From NCBI GenBank assembly GCA_900617105.1, contig UYFQ01000549.1, positions 1-64,000 of the forward strand: 64,000 bases of DNA, in the 5' to 3' direction. The notes beneath the pieces are model-generated. The model searched no databases and was not told where the DNA came from. It saw only the letters and a program-made list of their open reading frames with translations. Shown piece after piece: positions 37,801 to 50,595 of the stretch. A program made the translations under genes and the position numbers. Position 1 is the first letter of the stretch, and each line of letters opens with the position of its first letter. The stretch is from Hydrurus foetidus (lineage: Eukaryota).

Positions 37801-40800
37801 TAATGAAAATTTATTCTGCTCTATTTATGCTGTTAAATTTTTAACTGCCTAATTATTTTCCAACTTGACTTTTATGTAGTTATTATTACATAATGAAAAT
37901 TTATTCTGCTCTATTTATGCTGTTAAATTTTTAACTGCCTAATTATTTTCCAACTTGACTTTTATGTAGTTATTATTACATAATGAAAATTTATTCTGCT
38001 CTATTTATGCTGTTAAATTTTTAACTGCCTAATTATTTTCCAACTTGACTTTTATGTAGTTATTATTACATAATGAAAATTTATTCTGCTCTATTTATGC
38101 TGTTAAATTTTTAACTGCCTAATTATTTTCCAACTTGACTTTTATGTAGTTATTATTACATAATGAAAATTTATTCTGCTCTATTTATGCTGTTAAATTT
38201 TTAACTGCCTAATTATTTTCCAACTTGACTTTTATGTAGTTATTATTACATAATGAAAATTTATTCTGCTCTATTTATGCTGTTAAATTTTTAACTGCCT
38301 AATTATTTTCCAACTTGACTTTTATGTAGTTATTATTACATAATGAAAATTTATTCTGCTCTATTTATGCTGTTAAATTTTTAACTGCCTAATTATTTTC
38401 CAACTTGACTTTTATGTAGTTATTATTACATAATGAAAATTTATTCTGCTCTATTTATGCTGTTAAATTTTTAACTGCCTAATTATTTTCCAACTTGACT
38501 TTTATGTAGTTATTATTACATAATGAAAATTTATTCTGCTCTATTTATGCTGTTAAATTTTTAACTGCCTAATTATTTTCCAACTTGACTTTTATGTAGT
38601 TATTATTACATAATGAAAATTTATTCTGCTCTATTTATGCTGTTAAATTTTTAACTGCCTAATTATTTTCCAACTTGACTTTTATGTAGTTATTATTACA
38701 TAATGAAAATTTATTCTGCTCTATTTATGCTGTTAAATTTTTAACTGCCTAATTATTTTCCAACTTGACTTTTATGTAGTTATTATTACATAATGAAAAT
38801 TTATTCTGCTCTATTTATGCTGTTAAATTTTTAACTGCCTAATTATTTTCCAACTTGACTTTTATGTAGTTATTATTACATAATGAAAATTTATTCTGCT
38901 CTATTTATGCTGTTAAATTTTTAACTGCCTAATTATTTTCCAACTTGACTTTTATGTAGTTATTATTACATAATGAAAATTTATTCTGCTCTATTTATGC
39001 TGTTAAATTTTTAACTGCCTAATTATTTTCCAACTTGACTTTTATGTAGTTATTATTACATAATGAAAATTTATTCTGCTCTATTTATGCTGTTAAATTT
39101 TTAACTGCCTAATTATTTTCCAACTTGACTTTTATGTAGTTATTATTACATAATGAAAATTTATTCTGCTCTATTTATGCTGTTAAATTTTTAACTGCCT
39201 AATTATTTTCCAACTTGACTTTTATGTAGTTATTATTACATAATGAAAATTTATTCTGCTCTATTTATGCTGTTAAATTTTTAACTGCCTAATTATTTTC
39301 CAACTTGACTTTTATGTAGTTATTATTACATAATGAAAATTTATTCTGCTCTATTTATGCTGTTAAATTTTTAACTGCCTAATTATTTTCCAACTTGACT
39401 TTTATGTAGTTATTATTACATAATGAAAATTTATTCTGCTCTATTTATGCTGTTAAATTTTTAACTGCCTAATTATTTTCCAACTTGACTTTTATGTAGT
39501 TATTATTACATAATGAAAATTTATTCTGCTCTATTTATGCTGTTAAATTTTTAACTGCCTAATTATTTTCCAACTTGACTTTTATGTAGTTATTATTACA
39601 TAATGAAAATTTATTCTGCTCTATTTATGCTGTTAAATTTTTAACTGCCTAATTATTTTCCAACTTGACTTTTATGTAGTTATTATTACATAATGAAAAT
39701 TTATTCTGCTCTATTTATGCTGTTAAATTTTTAACTGCCTAATTATTTTCCAACTTGACTTTTATGTAGTTATTATTACATAATGAAAATTTATTCTGCT
39801 CTATTTATGCTGTTAAATTTTTAACTGCCTAATTATTTTCCAACTTGACTTTTATGTAGTTATTATTACATAATGAAAATTTATTCTGCTCTATTTATGC
39901 TGTTAAATTTTTAACTGCCTAATTATTTTCCAACTTGACTTTTATGTAGTTATTATTACATAATGAAAATTTATTCTGCTCTATTTATGCTGTTAAATTT
40001 TTAACTGCCTAATTATTTTCCAACTTGACTTTTATGTAGTTATTATTACATAATGAAAATTTATTCTGCTCTATTTATGCTGTTAAATTTTTAACTGCCT
40101 AATTATTTTCCAACTTGACTTTTATGTAGTTATTATTACATAATGAAAATTTATTCTGCTCTATTTATGCTGTTAAATTTTTAACTGCCTAATTATTTTC
40201 CAACTTGACTTTTATGTAGTTATTATTACATAATGAAAATTTATTCTGCTCTATTTATGCTGTTAAATTTTTAACTGCCTAATTATTTTCCAACTTGACT
40301 TTTATGTAGTTATTATTACATAATGAAAATTTATTCTGCTCTATTTATGCTGTTAAATTTTTAACTGCCTAATTATTTTCCAACTTGACTTTTATGTAGT
40401 TATTATTACATAATGAAAATTTATTCTGCTCTATTTATGCTGTTAAATTTTTAACTGCCTAATTATTTTCCAACTTGACTTTTATGTAGTTATTATTACA
40501 TAATGAAAATTTATTCTGCTCTATTTATGCTGTTAAATTTTTAACTGCCTAATTATTTTCCAACTTGACTTTTATGTAGTTATTATTACATAATGAAAAT
40601 TTATTCTGCTCTATTTATGCTGTTAAATTTTTAACTGCCTAATTATTTTCCAACTTGACTTTTATGTAGTTATTATTACATAATGAAAATTTATTCTGCT
40701 CTATTTATGCTGTTAAATTTTTAACTGCCTAATTATTTTCCAACTTGACTTTTATGTAGTTATTATTACATAATGAAAATTTATTCTGCTCTATTTATGC

Positions 40801-43800
40801 TGTTAAATTTTTAACTGCCTAATTATTTTCCAACTTGACTTTTATGTAGTTATTATTACATAATGAAAATTTATTCTGCTCTATTTATGCTGTTAAATTT
40901 TTAACTGCCTAATTATTTTCCAACTTGACTTTTATGTAGTTATTATTACATAATGAAAATTTATTCTGCTCTATTTATGCTGTTAAATTTTTAACTGCCT
41001 AATTATTTTCCAACTTGACTTTTATGTAGTTATTATTACATAATGAAAATTTATTCTGCTCTATTTATGCTGTTAAATTTTTAACTGCCTAATTATTTTC
41101 CAACTTGACTTTTATGTAGTTATTATTACATAATGAAAATTTATTCTGCTCTATTTATGCTGTTAAATTTTTAACTGCCTAATTATTTTCCAACTTGACT
41201 TTTATGTAGTTATTATTACATAATGAAAATTTATTCTGCTCTATTTATGCTGTTAAATTTTTAACTGCCTAATTATTTTCCAACTTGACTTTTATGTAGT
41301 TATTATTACATAATGAAAATTTATTCTGCTCTATTTATGCTGTTAAATTTTTAACTGCCTAATTATTTTCCAACTTGACTTTTATGTAGTTATTATTACA
41401 TAATGAAAATTTATTCTGCTCTATTTATGCTGTTAAATTTTTAACTGCCTAATTATTTTCCAACTTGACTTTTATGTAGTTATTATTACATAATGAAAAT
41501 TTATTCTGCTCTATTTATGCTGTTAAATTTTTAACTGCCTAATTATTTTCCAACTTGACTTTTATGTAGTTATTATTACATAATGAAAATTTATTCTGCT
41601 CTATTTATGCTGTTAAATTTTTAACTGCCTAATTATTTTCCAACTTGACTTTTATGTAGTTATTATTACATAATGAAAATTTATTCTGCTCTATTTATGC
41701 TGTTAAATTTTTAACTGCCTAATTATTTTCCAACTTGACTTTTATGTAGTTATTATTACATAATGAAAATTTATTCTGCTCTATTTATGCTGTTAAATTT
41801 TTAACTGCCTAATTATTTTCCAACTTGACTTTTATGTAGTTATTATTACATAATGAAAATTTATTCTGCTCTATTTATGCTGTTAAATTTTTAACTGCCT
41901 AATTATTTTCCAACTTGACTTTTATGTAGTTATTATTACATAATGAAAATTTATTCTGCTCTATTTATGCTGTTAAATTTTTAACTGCCTAATTATTTTC
42001 CAACTTGACTTTTATGTAGTTATTATTACATAATGAAAATTTATTCTGCTCTATTTATGCTGTTAAATTTTTAACTGCCTAATTATTTTCCAACTTGACT
42101 TTTATGTAGTTATTATTACATAATGAAAATTTATTCTGCTCTATTTATGCTGTTAAATTTTTAACTGCCTAATTATTTTCCAACTTGACTTTTATGTAGT
42201 TATTATTACATAATGAAAATTTATTCTGCTCTATTTATGCTGTTAAATTTTTAACTGCCTAATTATTTTCCAACTTGACTTTTATGTAGTTATTATTACA
42301 TAATGAAAATTTATTCTGCTCTATTTATGCTGTTAAATTTTTAACTGCCTAATTATTTTCCAACTTGACTTTTATGTAGTTATTATTACATAATGAAAAT
42401 TTATTCTGCTCTATTTATGCTGTTAAATTTTTAACTGCCTAATTATTTTCCAACTTGACTTTTATGTAGTTATTATTACATAATGAAAATTTATTCTGCT
42501 CTATTTATGCTGTTAAATTTTTAACTGCCTAATTATTTTCCAACTTGACTTTTATGTAGTTATTATTACATAATGAAAATTTATTCTGCTCTATTTATGC
42601 TGTTAAATTTTTAACTGCCTAATTATTTTCCAACTTGACTTTTATGTAGTTATTATTACATAATGAAAATTTATTCTGCTCTATTTATGCTGTTAAATTT
42701 TTAACTGCCTAATTATTTTCCAACTTGACTTTTATGTAGTTATTATTACATAATGAAAATTTATTCTGCTCTATTTATGCTGTTAAATTTTTAACTGCCT
42801 AATTATTTTCCAACTTGACTTTTATGTAGTTATTATTACATAATGAAAATTTATTCTGCTCTATTTATGCTGTTAAATTTTTAACTGCCTAATTATTTTC
42901 CAACTTGACTTTTATGTAGTTATTATTACATAATGAAAATTTATTCTGCTCTATTTATGCTGTTAAATTTTTAACTGCCTAATTATTTTCCAACTTGACT
43001 TTTATGTAGTTATTATTACATAATGAAAATTTATTCTGCTCTATTTATGCTGTTAAATTTTTAACTGCCTAATTATTTTCCAACTTGACTTTTATGTAGT
43101 TATTATTACATAATGAAAATTTATTCTGCTCTATTTATGCTGTTAAATTTTTAACTGCCTAATTATTTTCCAACTTGACTTTTATGTAGTTATTATTACA
43201 TAATGAAAATTTATTCTGCTCTATTTATGCTGTTAAATTTTTAACTGCCTAATTATTTTCCAACTTGACTTTTATGTAGTTATTATTACATAATGAAAAT
43301 TTATTCTGCTCTATTTATGCTGTTAAATTTTTAACTGCCTAATTATTTTCCAACTTGACTTTTATGTAGTTATTATTACATAATGAAAATTTATTCTGCT
43401 CTATTTATGCTGTTAAATTTTTAACTGCCTAATTATTTTCCAACTTGACTTTTATGTAGTTATTATTACATAATGAAAATTTATTCTGCTCTATTTATGC
43501 TGTTAAATTTTTAACTGCCTAATTATTTTCCAACTTGACTTTTATGTAGTTATTATTACATAATGAAAATTTATTCTGCTCTATTTATGCTGTTAAATTT
43601 TTAACTGCCTAATTATTTTCCAACTTGACTTTTATGTAGTTATTATTACATAATGAAAATTTATTCTGCTCTATTTATGCTGTTAAATTTTTAACTGCCT
43701 AATTATTTTCCAACTTGACTTTTATGTAGTTATTATTACATAATGAAAATTTATTCTGCTCTATTTATGCTGTTAAATTTTTAACTGCCTAATTATTTTC

Positions 43801-46800
43801 CAACTTGACTTTTATGTAGTTATTATTACATAATGAAAATTTATTCTGCTCTATTTATGCTGTTAAATTTTTAACTGCCTAATTATTTTCCAACTTGACT
43901 TTTATGTAGTTATTATTACATAATGAAAATTTATTCTGCTCTATTTATGCTGTTAAATTTTTAACTGCCTAATTATTTTCCAACTTGACTTTTATGTAGT
44001 TATTATTACATAATGAAAATTTATTCTGCTCTATTTATGCTGTTAAATTTTTAACTGCCTAATTATTTTCCAACTTGACTTTTATGTAGTTATTATTACA
44101 TAATGAAAATTTATTCTGCTCTATTTATGCTGTTAAATTTTTAACTGCCTAATTATTTTCCAACTTGACTTTTATGTAGTTATTATTACATAATGAAAAT
44201 TTATTCTGCTCTATTTATGCTGTTAAATTTTTAACTGCCTAATTATTTTCCAACTTGACTTTTATGTAGTTATTATTACATAATGAAAATTTATTCTGCT
44301 CTATTTATGCTGTTAAATTTTTAACTGCCTAATTATTTTCCAACTTGACTTTTATGTAGTTATTATTACATAATGAAAATTTATTCTGCTCTATTTATGC
44401 TGTTAAATTTTTAACTGCCTAATTATTTTCCAACTTGACTTTTATGTAGTTATTATTACATAATGAAAATTTATTCTGCTCTATTTATGCTGTTAAATTT
44501 TTAACTGCCTAATTATTTTCCAACTTGACTTTTATGTAGTTATTATTACATAATGAAAATTTATTCTGCTCTATTTATGCTGTTAAATTTTTAACTGCCT
44601 AATTATTTTCCAACTTGACTTTTATGTAGTTATTATTACATAATGAAAATTTATTCTGCTCTATTTATGCTGTTAAATTTTTAACTGCCTAATTATTTTC
44701 CAACTTGACTTTTATGTAGTTATTATTACATAATGAAAATTTATTCTGCTCTATTTATGCTGTTAAATTTTTAACTGCCTAATTATTTTCCAACTTGACT
44801 TTTATGTAGTTATTATTACATAATGAAAATTTATTCTGCTCTATTTATGCTGTTAAATTTTTAACTGCCTAATTATTTTCCAACTTGACTTTTATGTAGT
44901 TATTATTACATAATGAAAATTTATTCTGCTCTATTTATGCTGTTAAATTTTTAACTGCCTAATTATTTTCCAACTTGACTTTTATGTAGTTATTATTACA
45001 TAATGAAAATTTATTCTGCTCTATTTATGCTGTTAAATTTTTAACTGCCTAATTATTTTCCAACTTGACTTTTATGTAGTTATTATTACATAATGAAAAT
45101 TTATTCTGCTCTATTTATGCTGTTAAATTTTTAACTGCCTAATTATTTTCCAACTTGACTTTTATGTAGTTATTATTACATAATGAAAATTTATTCTGCT
45201 CTATTTATGCTGTTAAATTTTTAACTGCCTAATTATTTTCCAACTTGACTTTTATGTAGTTATTATTACATAATGAAAATTTATTCTGCTCTATTTATGC
45301 TGTTAAATTTTTAACTGCCTAATTATTTTCCAACTTGACTTTTATGTAGTTATTATTACATAATGAAAATTTATTCTGCTCTATTTATGCTGTTAAATTT
45401 TTAACTGCCTAATTATTTTCCAACTTGACTTTTATGTAGTTATTATTACATAATGAAAATTTATTCTGCTCTATTTATGCTGTTAAATTTTTAACTGCCT
45501 AATTATTTTCCAACTTGACTTTTATGTAGTTATTATTACATAATGAAAATTTATTCTGCTCTATTTATGCTGTTAAATTTTTAACTGCCTAATTATTTTC
45601 CAACTTGACTTTTATGTAGTTATTATTACATAATGAAAATTTATTCTGCTCTATTTATGCTGTTAAATTTTTAACTGCCTAATTATTTTCCAACTTGACT
45701 TTTATGTAGTTATTATTACATAATGAAAATTTATTCTGCTCTATTTATGCTGTTAAATTTTTAACTGCCTAATTATTTTCCAACTTGACTTTTATGTAGT
45801 TATTATTACATAATGAAAATTTATTCTGCTCTATTTATGCTGTTAAATTTTTAACTGCCTAATTATTTTCCAACTTGACTTTTATGTAGTTATTATTACA
45901 TAATGAAAATTTATTCTGCTCTATTTATGCTGTTAAATTTTTAACTGCCTAATTATTTTCCAACTTGACTTTTATGTAGTTATTATTACATAATGAAAAT
46001 TTATTCTGCTCTATTTATGCTGTTAAATTTTTAACTGCCTAATTATTTTCCAACTTGACTTTTATGTAGTTATTATTACATAATGAAAATTTATTCTGCT
46101 CTATTTATGCTGTTAAATTTTTAACTGCCTAATTATTTTCCAACTTGACTTTTATGTAGTTATTATTACATAATGAAAATTTATTCTGCTCTATTTATGC
46201 TGTTAAATTTTTAACTGCCTAATTATTTTCCAACTTGACTTTTATGTAGTTATTATTACATAATGAAAATTTATTCTGCTCTATTTATGCTGTTAAATTT
46301 TTAACTGCCTAATTATTTTCCAACTTGACTTTTATGTAGTTATTATTACATAATGAAAATTTATTCTGCTCTATTTATGCTGTTAAATTTTTAACTGCCT
46401 AATTATTTTCCAACTTGACTTTTATGTAGTTATTATTACATAATGAAAATTTATTCTGCTCTATTTATGCTGTTAAATTTTTAACTGCCTAATTATTTTC
46501 CAACTTGACTTTTATGTAGTTATTATTACATAATGAAAATTTATTCTGCTCTATTTATGCTGTTAAATTTTTAACTGCCTAATTATTTTCCAACTTGACT
46601 TTTATGTAGTTATTATTACATAATGAAAATTTATTCTGCTCTATTTATGCTGTTAAATTTTTAACTGCCTAATTATTTTCCAACTTGACTTTTATGTAGT
46701 TATTATTACATAATGAAAATTTATTCTGCTCTATTTATGCTGTTAAATTTTTAACTGCCTAATTATTTTCCAACTTGACTTTTATGTAGTTATTATTACA

Positions 46801-47513
46801 TAATGAAAATTTATTCTGCTCTATTTATGCTGTTAAATTTTTAACTGCCTAATTATTTTCCAACTTGACTTTTATGTAGTTATTATTACATAATGAAAAT
46901 TTATTCTGCTCTATTTATGCTGTTAAATTTTTAACTGCCTAATTATTTTCCAACTTGACTTTTATGTAGTTATTATTACATAATGAAAATTTATTCTGCT
47001 CTATTTATGCTGTTAAATTTTTAACTGCCTAATTATTTTCCAACTTGACTTTTATGTAGTTATTATTACATAATGAAAATTTATTCTGCTCTATTTATGC
47101 TGTTAAATTTTTAACTGCCTAATTATTTTCCAACTTGACTTTTATGTAGTTATTATTACATAATGAAAATTTATTCTGCTCTATTTATGCTGTTAAATTT
47201 TTAACTGCCTAATTATTTTCCAACTTGACTTTTATGTAGTTATTATTACATAATGAAAATTTATTCTGCTCTATTTATGCTGTTAAATTTTTAACTGCCT
47301 AATTATTTTCCAACTTGACTTTTATGTAGTTATTATTACATAATGAAAATTTATTCTGCTCTATTTATGCTGTTAAATTTTTAACTGCCTAATTATTTTC
47401 CAACTTGACTTTTATGTAGTTATTATTACATAATGAAAATTTATTCTGCTCTATTTATGCTGTTAAATTTTTAACTGCCTAATTATTTTCCAACTTGACT
47501 TTTATGTAGTTAT
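34855..47513. repeat. 90-bp AT-rich tandem satellite, ~141 copies
   Basis: Unit TTCTGCTCTATTTATGCTGTTAAATTTTTAACTGCCTAATTATTTTCCAACTTGACTTTTATGTAGTTATTATTACATAATGAAAATTTA (20/90 GC). The only variant I saw is an 11-bp deletion near 35134. Confidence 0.99.
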
Positions 47514-47651
47514 CATTATTTATTGTAATATTATTTACCCATATAAGTAAGATTTTTCTGTGTCGGTTTTCTATAATGATATAAAAGAATTGTATAACGA
47601 TGAAAATTTTTGAATAAACGAAACGACTTCAAACGTAAAAATTCATATAAG

Positions 47652-47705
47652 ATGCATCTATTGTGCGACGGATTAAAAAAACGAAATGAAATTTTTTATA
47701 ACTTA
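47652..47705 (+). repeat. ~54-bp direct repeat, copy 1 (copy 2 at 50578-50630)
   Basis: ATGC..TATTGTGCGACGGATTAAAAAAA(C)GAAATGAAA.TTTTTATAACTTA at both sites. Copy 2 overlaps the inner end of the right TIR. Confidence 0.9.
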
Positions 47706-47922
47706 TTCTAAAAACATACGTAACAATTGAAAGTTGCCTACAATGAAATACTCCGTCAGACAAGGACAACCGAGTTTAATCGGAGATTGGAACCACACAC
47801 GGCTTCGCCGTGTGCTTGTTATACTTATTCTAAAAACACAGTATAATGACCTTCGATACAAACTTGAAATTTTTTGTTTCGAGAACCGGTTGGTTTTCTT
47901 ATGTCCCAAGATAAATTGTGGG

Positions 47923-48177
47923 GCGGAAATAATTTACCGTGTACTGAATTGAGAGATTCGTGTACTGAATTAATAGTTTGATGTACTGAATTCTATACTA
48001 AATGATAGGATTAGGGTTAGGATTAGGGTGAAGATTAGGGTTCGTGTTAGGGTTAGTGTTAAGGTTAAAGTCAGAGTCAGAGTCAGGGTTAGGGCTAGAG
48101 TTAGGGTGTATTAAGTACATCAAACTATTAATTCAGTACATCAAACTATCAATTCAGTACACCATTAATTGGGTCGC
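47923..48177. mobile_element. MITE with 9-bp TSD and internal degenerate TTAGGG repeats
   Basis: TSD AATTGTGGG (47914-47922, 48178-48186), GCG...CGC ends, inverted subterminal GTGTACTGAATT(A/G)ATAGTTTGAT units, TTAGGG-like core at ~48010-48107. Confidence 0.82.
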
Positions 48178-48363
48178 AATTGTGGGGTCTTTGCTTCTGA
48201 CCTGCTGAAATTCCCTGACCTACATCCACTATAAAATGTTCATCCGTCAATTATGCTTGGCGCTTGCGGCACAGATAAATGTCAACTTGTTTGATACTGT
48301 GCGGCACAATTATTCGGGGTTGCGGCTCTACTGCAGAAATTTAATCTCTTACACTAGTGGTCA

Positions 48364-49140
48364 ATGATGACGAAAGCTAATAGTTGGGTCGGACAAATTC
48401 CTGTGAGTTTTGAGTCAAAAAAGAAATGGAAAGTCGGGAACATCTCAGTTCGTAAAGGTCCTATAACTGAAAGAGAAAAAAAGAATTTGAAGAGGTCTGC
48501 GGTTGAGATGGTGGCTGATAACTCTCACCTTATCAGTGACGAAATGGAAGCAACCATTTCAACCGATGGAGATCCGAAATCAATGGCGAATATTAGAGAA
48601 ATTGTCGTCTCGTCTATTGGAGAGAAAGGATGGTGTGTTCAGTGTGACTCACTAAAAATTGAAATGGGGTCAATAAAGAAAGAGTTAGGGTTAATTCGTG
48701 CTAGAGATACTATTGCTGAAGTGGTTGCTGTTGTCTATGATAATATTGAATTTGTTCATGAAGGTCATTCAATAAAGAAGTACGGTGATGTTCACGATCT
48801 CCGCAAAACACTTCGGAAATCAGGGCAAGATATGTCAGGTTTGAATAGAGCCGTAGTATATTCGGTCGCCAAATTTATTGATAAGAAAGCACGTGATGCG
48901 GGTCCTGCGTTCGACATCATATGCCGTTTCAAATCGGAAAGAAATCGCGAGGTTCATTCTCTACCTACCTTTATAGCTGCCAAGAAAGCGATTGAGTATT
49001 ATTGCGAAAATAGCGATGATGTTCCCATTAAAGAAAAGGAATACGTTCAGAGTTGTTTTTTAATCTTCGCCGAAAAAGTATGCTACCTGGAACAAGAAAC
49101 TAACTGTTATGGGAATGCTTCAACTGAGTTAGATTCGTAA
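48364..49140 (+). CDS. Hypothetical protein with a coiled-coil-like segment and a putative HEPN domain (RNREVH)
   Basis: Uninterrupted 258-aa ORF. The helical C-terminal half contains FDIICRFKSERNREVHS, an R-N-x3-H motif. The domain call rests on this motif only. Confidence 0.6.
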   Translation: MMTKANSWVGQIPVSFESKKKWKVGNISVRKGPITEREKKNLKRSAVEMVADNSHLISDEMEATISTDGDPKSMANIREIVVSSIGEKGWCVQCDSLKIEMGSIKKELGLIRARDTIAEVVAVVYDNIEFVHEGHSIKKYGDVHDLRKTLRKSGQDMSGLNRAVVYSVAKFIDKKARDAGPAFDIICRFKSERNREVHSLPTFIAAKKAIEYYCENSDDVPIKEKEYVQSCFLIFAEKVCYLEQETNCYGNASTELDS

Positions 49141-49507
49141 TTGTTCAATTATGAACAATTGAAAAGGATCTTATTTTACTACCGATCACTCTTGTTTTCT
49201 AAAGTTCTTTTCATACTTGCGCCTGAATCCTCCACCGCAGCCGTGAATTGCGATTCGTCAAATCGAAATACACCATTATCTTCATAAATAACTGAAATAA
49301 CTCTTCAATTCTTTTCTGTAATTTGGAACGAATAGAAATTCTACATCCGACATTAAAAGTGGCAACAAAATACAGAAAAAGCATAATACATCCACACAAA
49401 ATACACTCGCTAAGTTATACAGAAGATTCTAAATTTCTCCGGAAAATGACTGATTGAAAATCGAATTTATGGCAAGGAAATCATTTTAATCTTGATTATT
49501 TTAACGT

Positions 49508-50251
49508 TTACCAACTTATTTCTTCAGGAATAATTTCACTGGACGTCAGTAATACATTCATTCTCAAAAGAAGTTCCCGAGCACAGTTAAAAGTTGGAAT
49601 GATTAAATCAAAAATGATAGGACCTGATTCTGTTGTGTCTGGAAACTTCACGATTATGTCACATACTGCTCAAGTATTTTTTAGGGTAATAAGTGATTGA
49701 AATGGGAAATAGTGTTTCCAAAAATTCGCTACCGTCCAAAAGTTAGCACAATAAGCAGACGTAGTTGAGGATGATTGGAATCCCAGCATTCTTAATTGTA
49801 TTAATTGCATTTCACCATCCGGAAATTTATGATTCTTAAAATTGATCGATTGTGACGGTGTGCTCTGTGCCAAGATCATCAAACCATCGAGAAGTCCCTC
49901 TAAAAGCATCGTAGAAGTCGTCATGTTCTTCGCAAATTGGTTGATATTAAAGTCCAACGCAAAATTTGGGTCTGAAGACATTTGTAACTGATGTATTACA
50001 CAAACAAGTCCTGTTCGTGCAGCAATTAGTGAGTTCACTAGCGCTTAAAAATGCAGTCGCTCAGTAGGAATCCCTGCAGCCAACTCAACCGATTTTACCT
50101 GTGGTGGAAAATAACATTTTAATCAACTAATACCGTAGGAAGACATATGTAATGTACTTGGATTGATTTCTTTACACAGTTTCACAACGAATTCGCGAAA
50201 CTTACAAGGATTCGTTGGATTCCTGCAGTGGTACCAAAGTTCGAATGCCAT
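49508..50251 (-). pseudogene. Spliced pseudogene, HEPN-like (ANxxKH variant)
   Basis: ATG at 50251 (MAFELWYHCRN...), GT-AG intron ~50157-50099, then VKSVEL...LHF*ALVNSLIAARTGL...FWTVANFWKHY...NT*AVCDIIVKF...EISW stop. Two in-frame stops and no frameshift. Confidence 0.55.
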
Positions 50252-50595
50252 CACATTTCACTAAATAATGCGAGAACGCAAGTTTCGACTGCTGTGGGTC
50301 CTACGCAAATAATTACAACGCCCACAAGTGCAGTGGTGATGACCTAATGACTTCCAAAACTGTTTCAACAATCGCGAAATTGTCAGTCGTTCCAGCCGTC
50401 ATACGGTTTTCGTTCGTACAACAGTACAACGAGTGGAAATAAAAAAAACACAATTAAAAGCGGTTGCATCAAGATGACTTCCGTTATAATAGTAAAATGA
50501 ATATTATTTCTTGTAATACTTTCTAATACTTACTTTACTTAATCACACGATAGCTAGAAAAGCGACATTTGATACAAATGCGTTTATTGTGCGAC

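Noticed and set aside
34855..47513. CRISPR-like array or guide-RNA array next to a HEPN protein (Cas13-like idea)
   Set aside because: The units are identical head-to-tail with no variable spacers. The ORF is only 258 aa with a single RxxxxH. No cas-like genes are present and the context is eukaryotic.
34855..47513. Coding repeat (90 bp = 30 codons)
   Set aside because: The ORF track shows nothing here and the frames I translated have stops in every unit. Some frames have only TAA/TAG, but host genes in the window end in TAG/TGA and TE ORFs in TAA, so a reassigned code is not supported.
48010..48107. True telomere or chromosome fusion scar
   Set aside because: Short, degenerate, in one orientation only, and enclosed in a MITE with a TSD.
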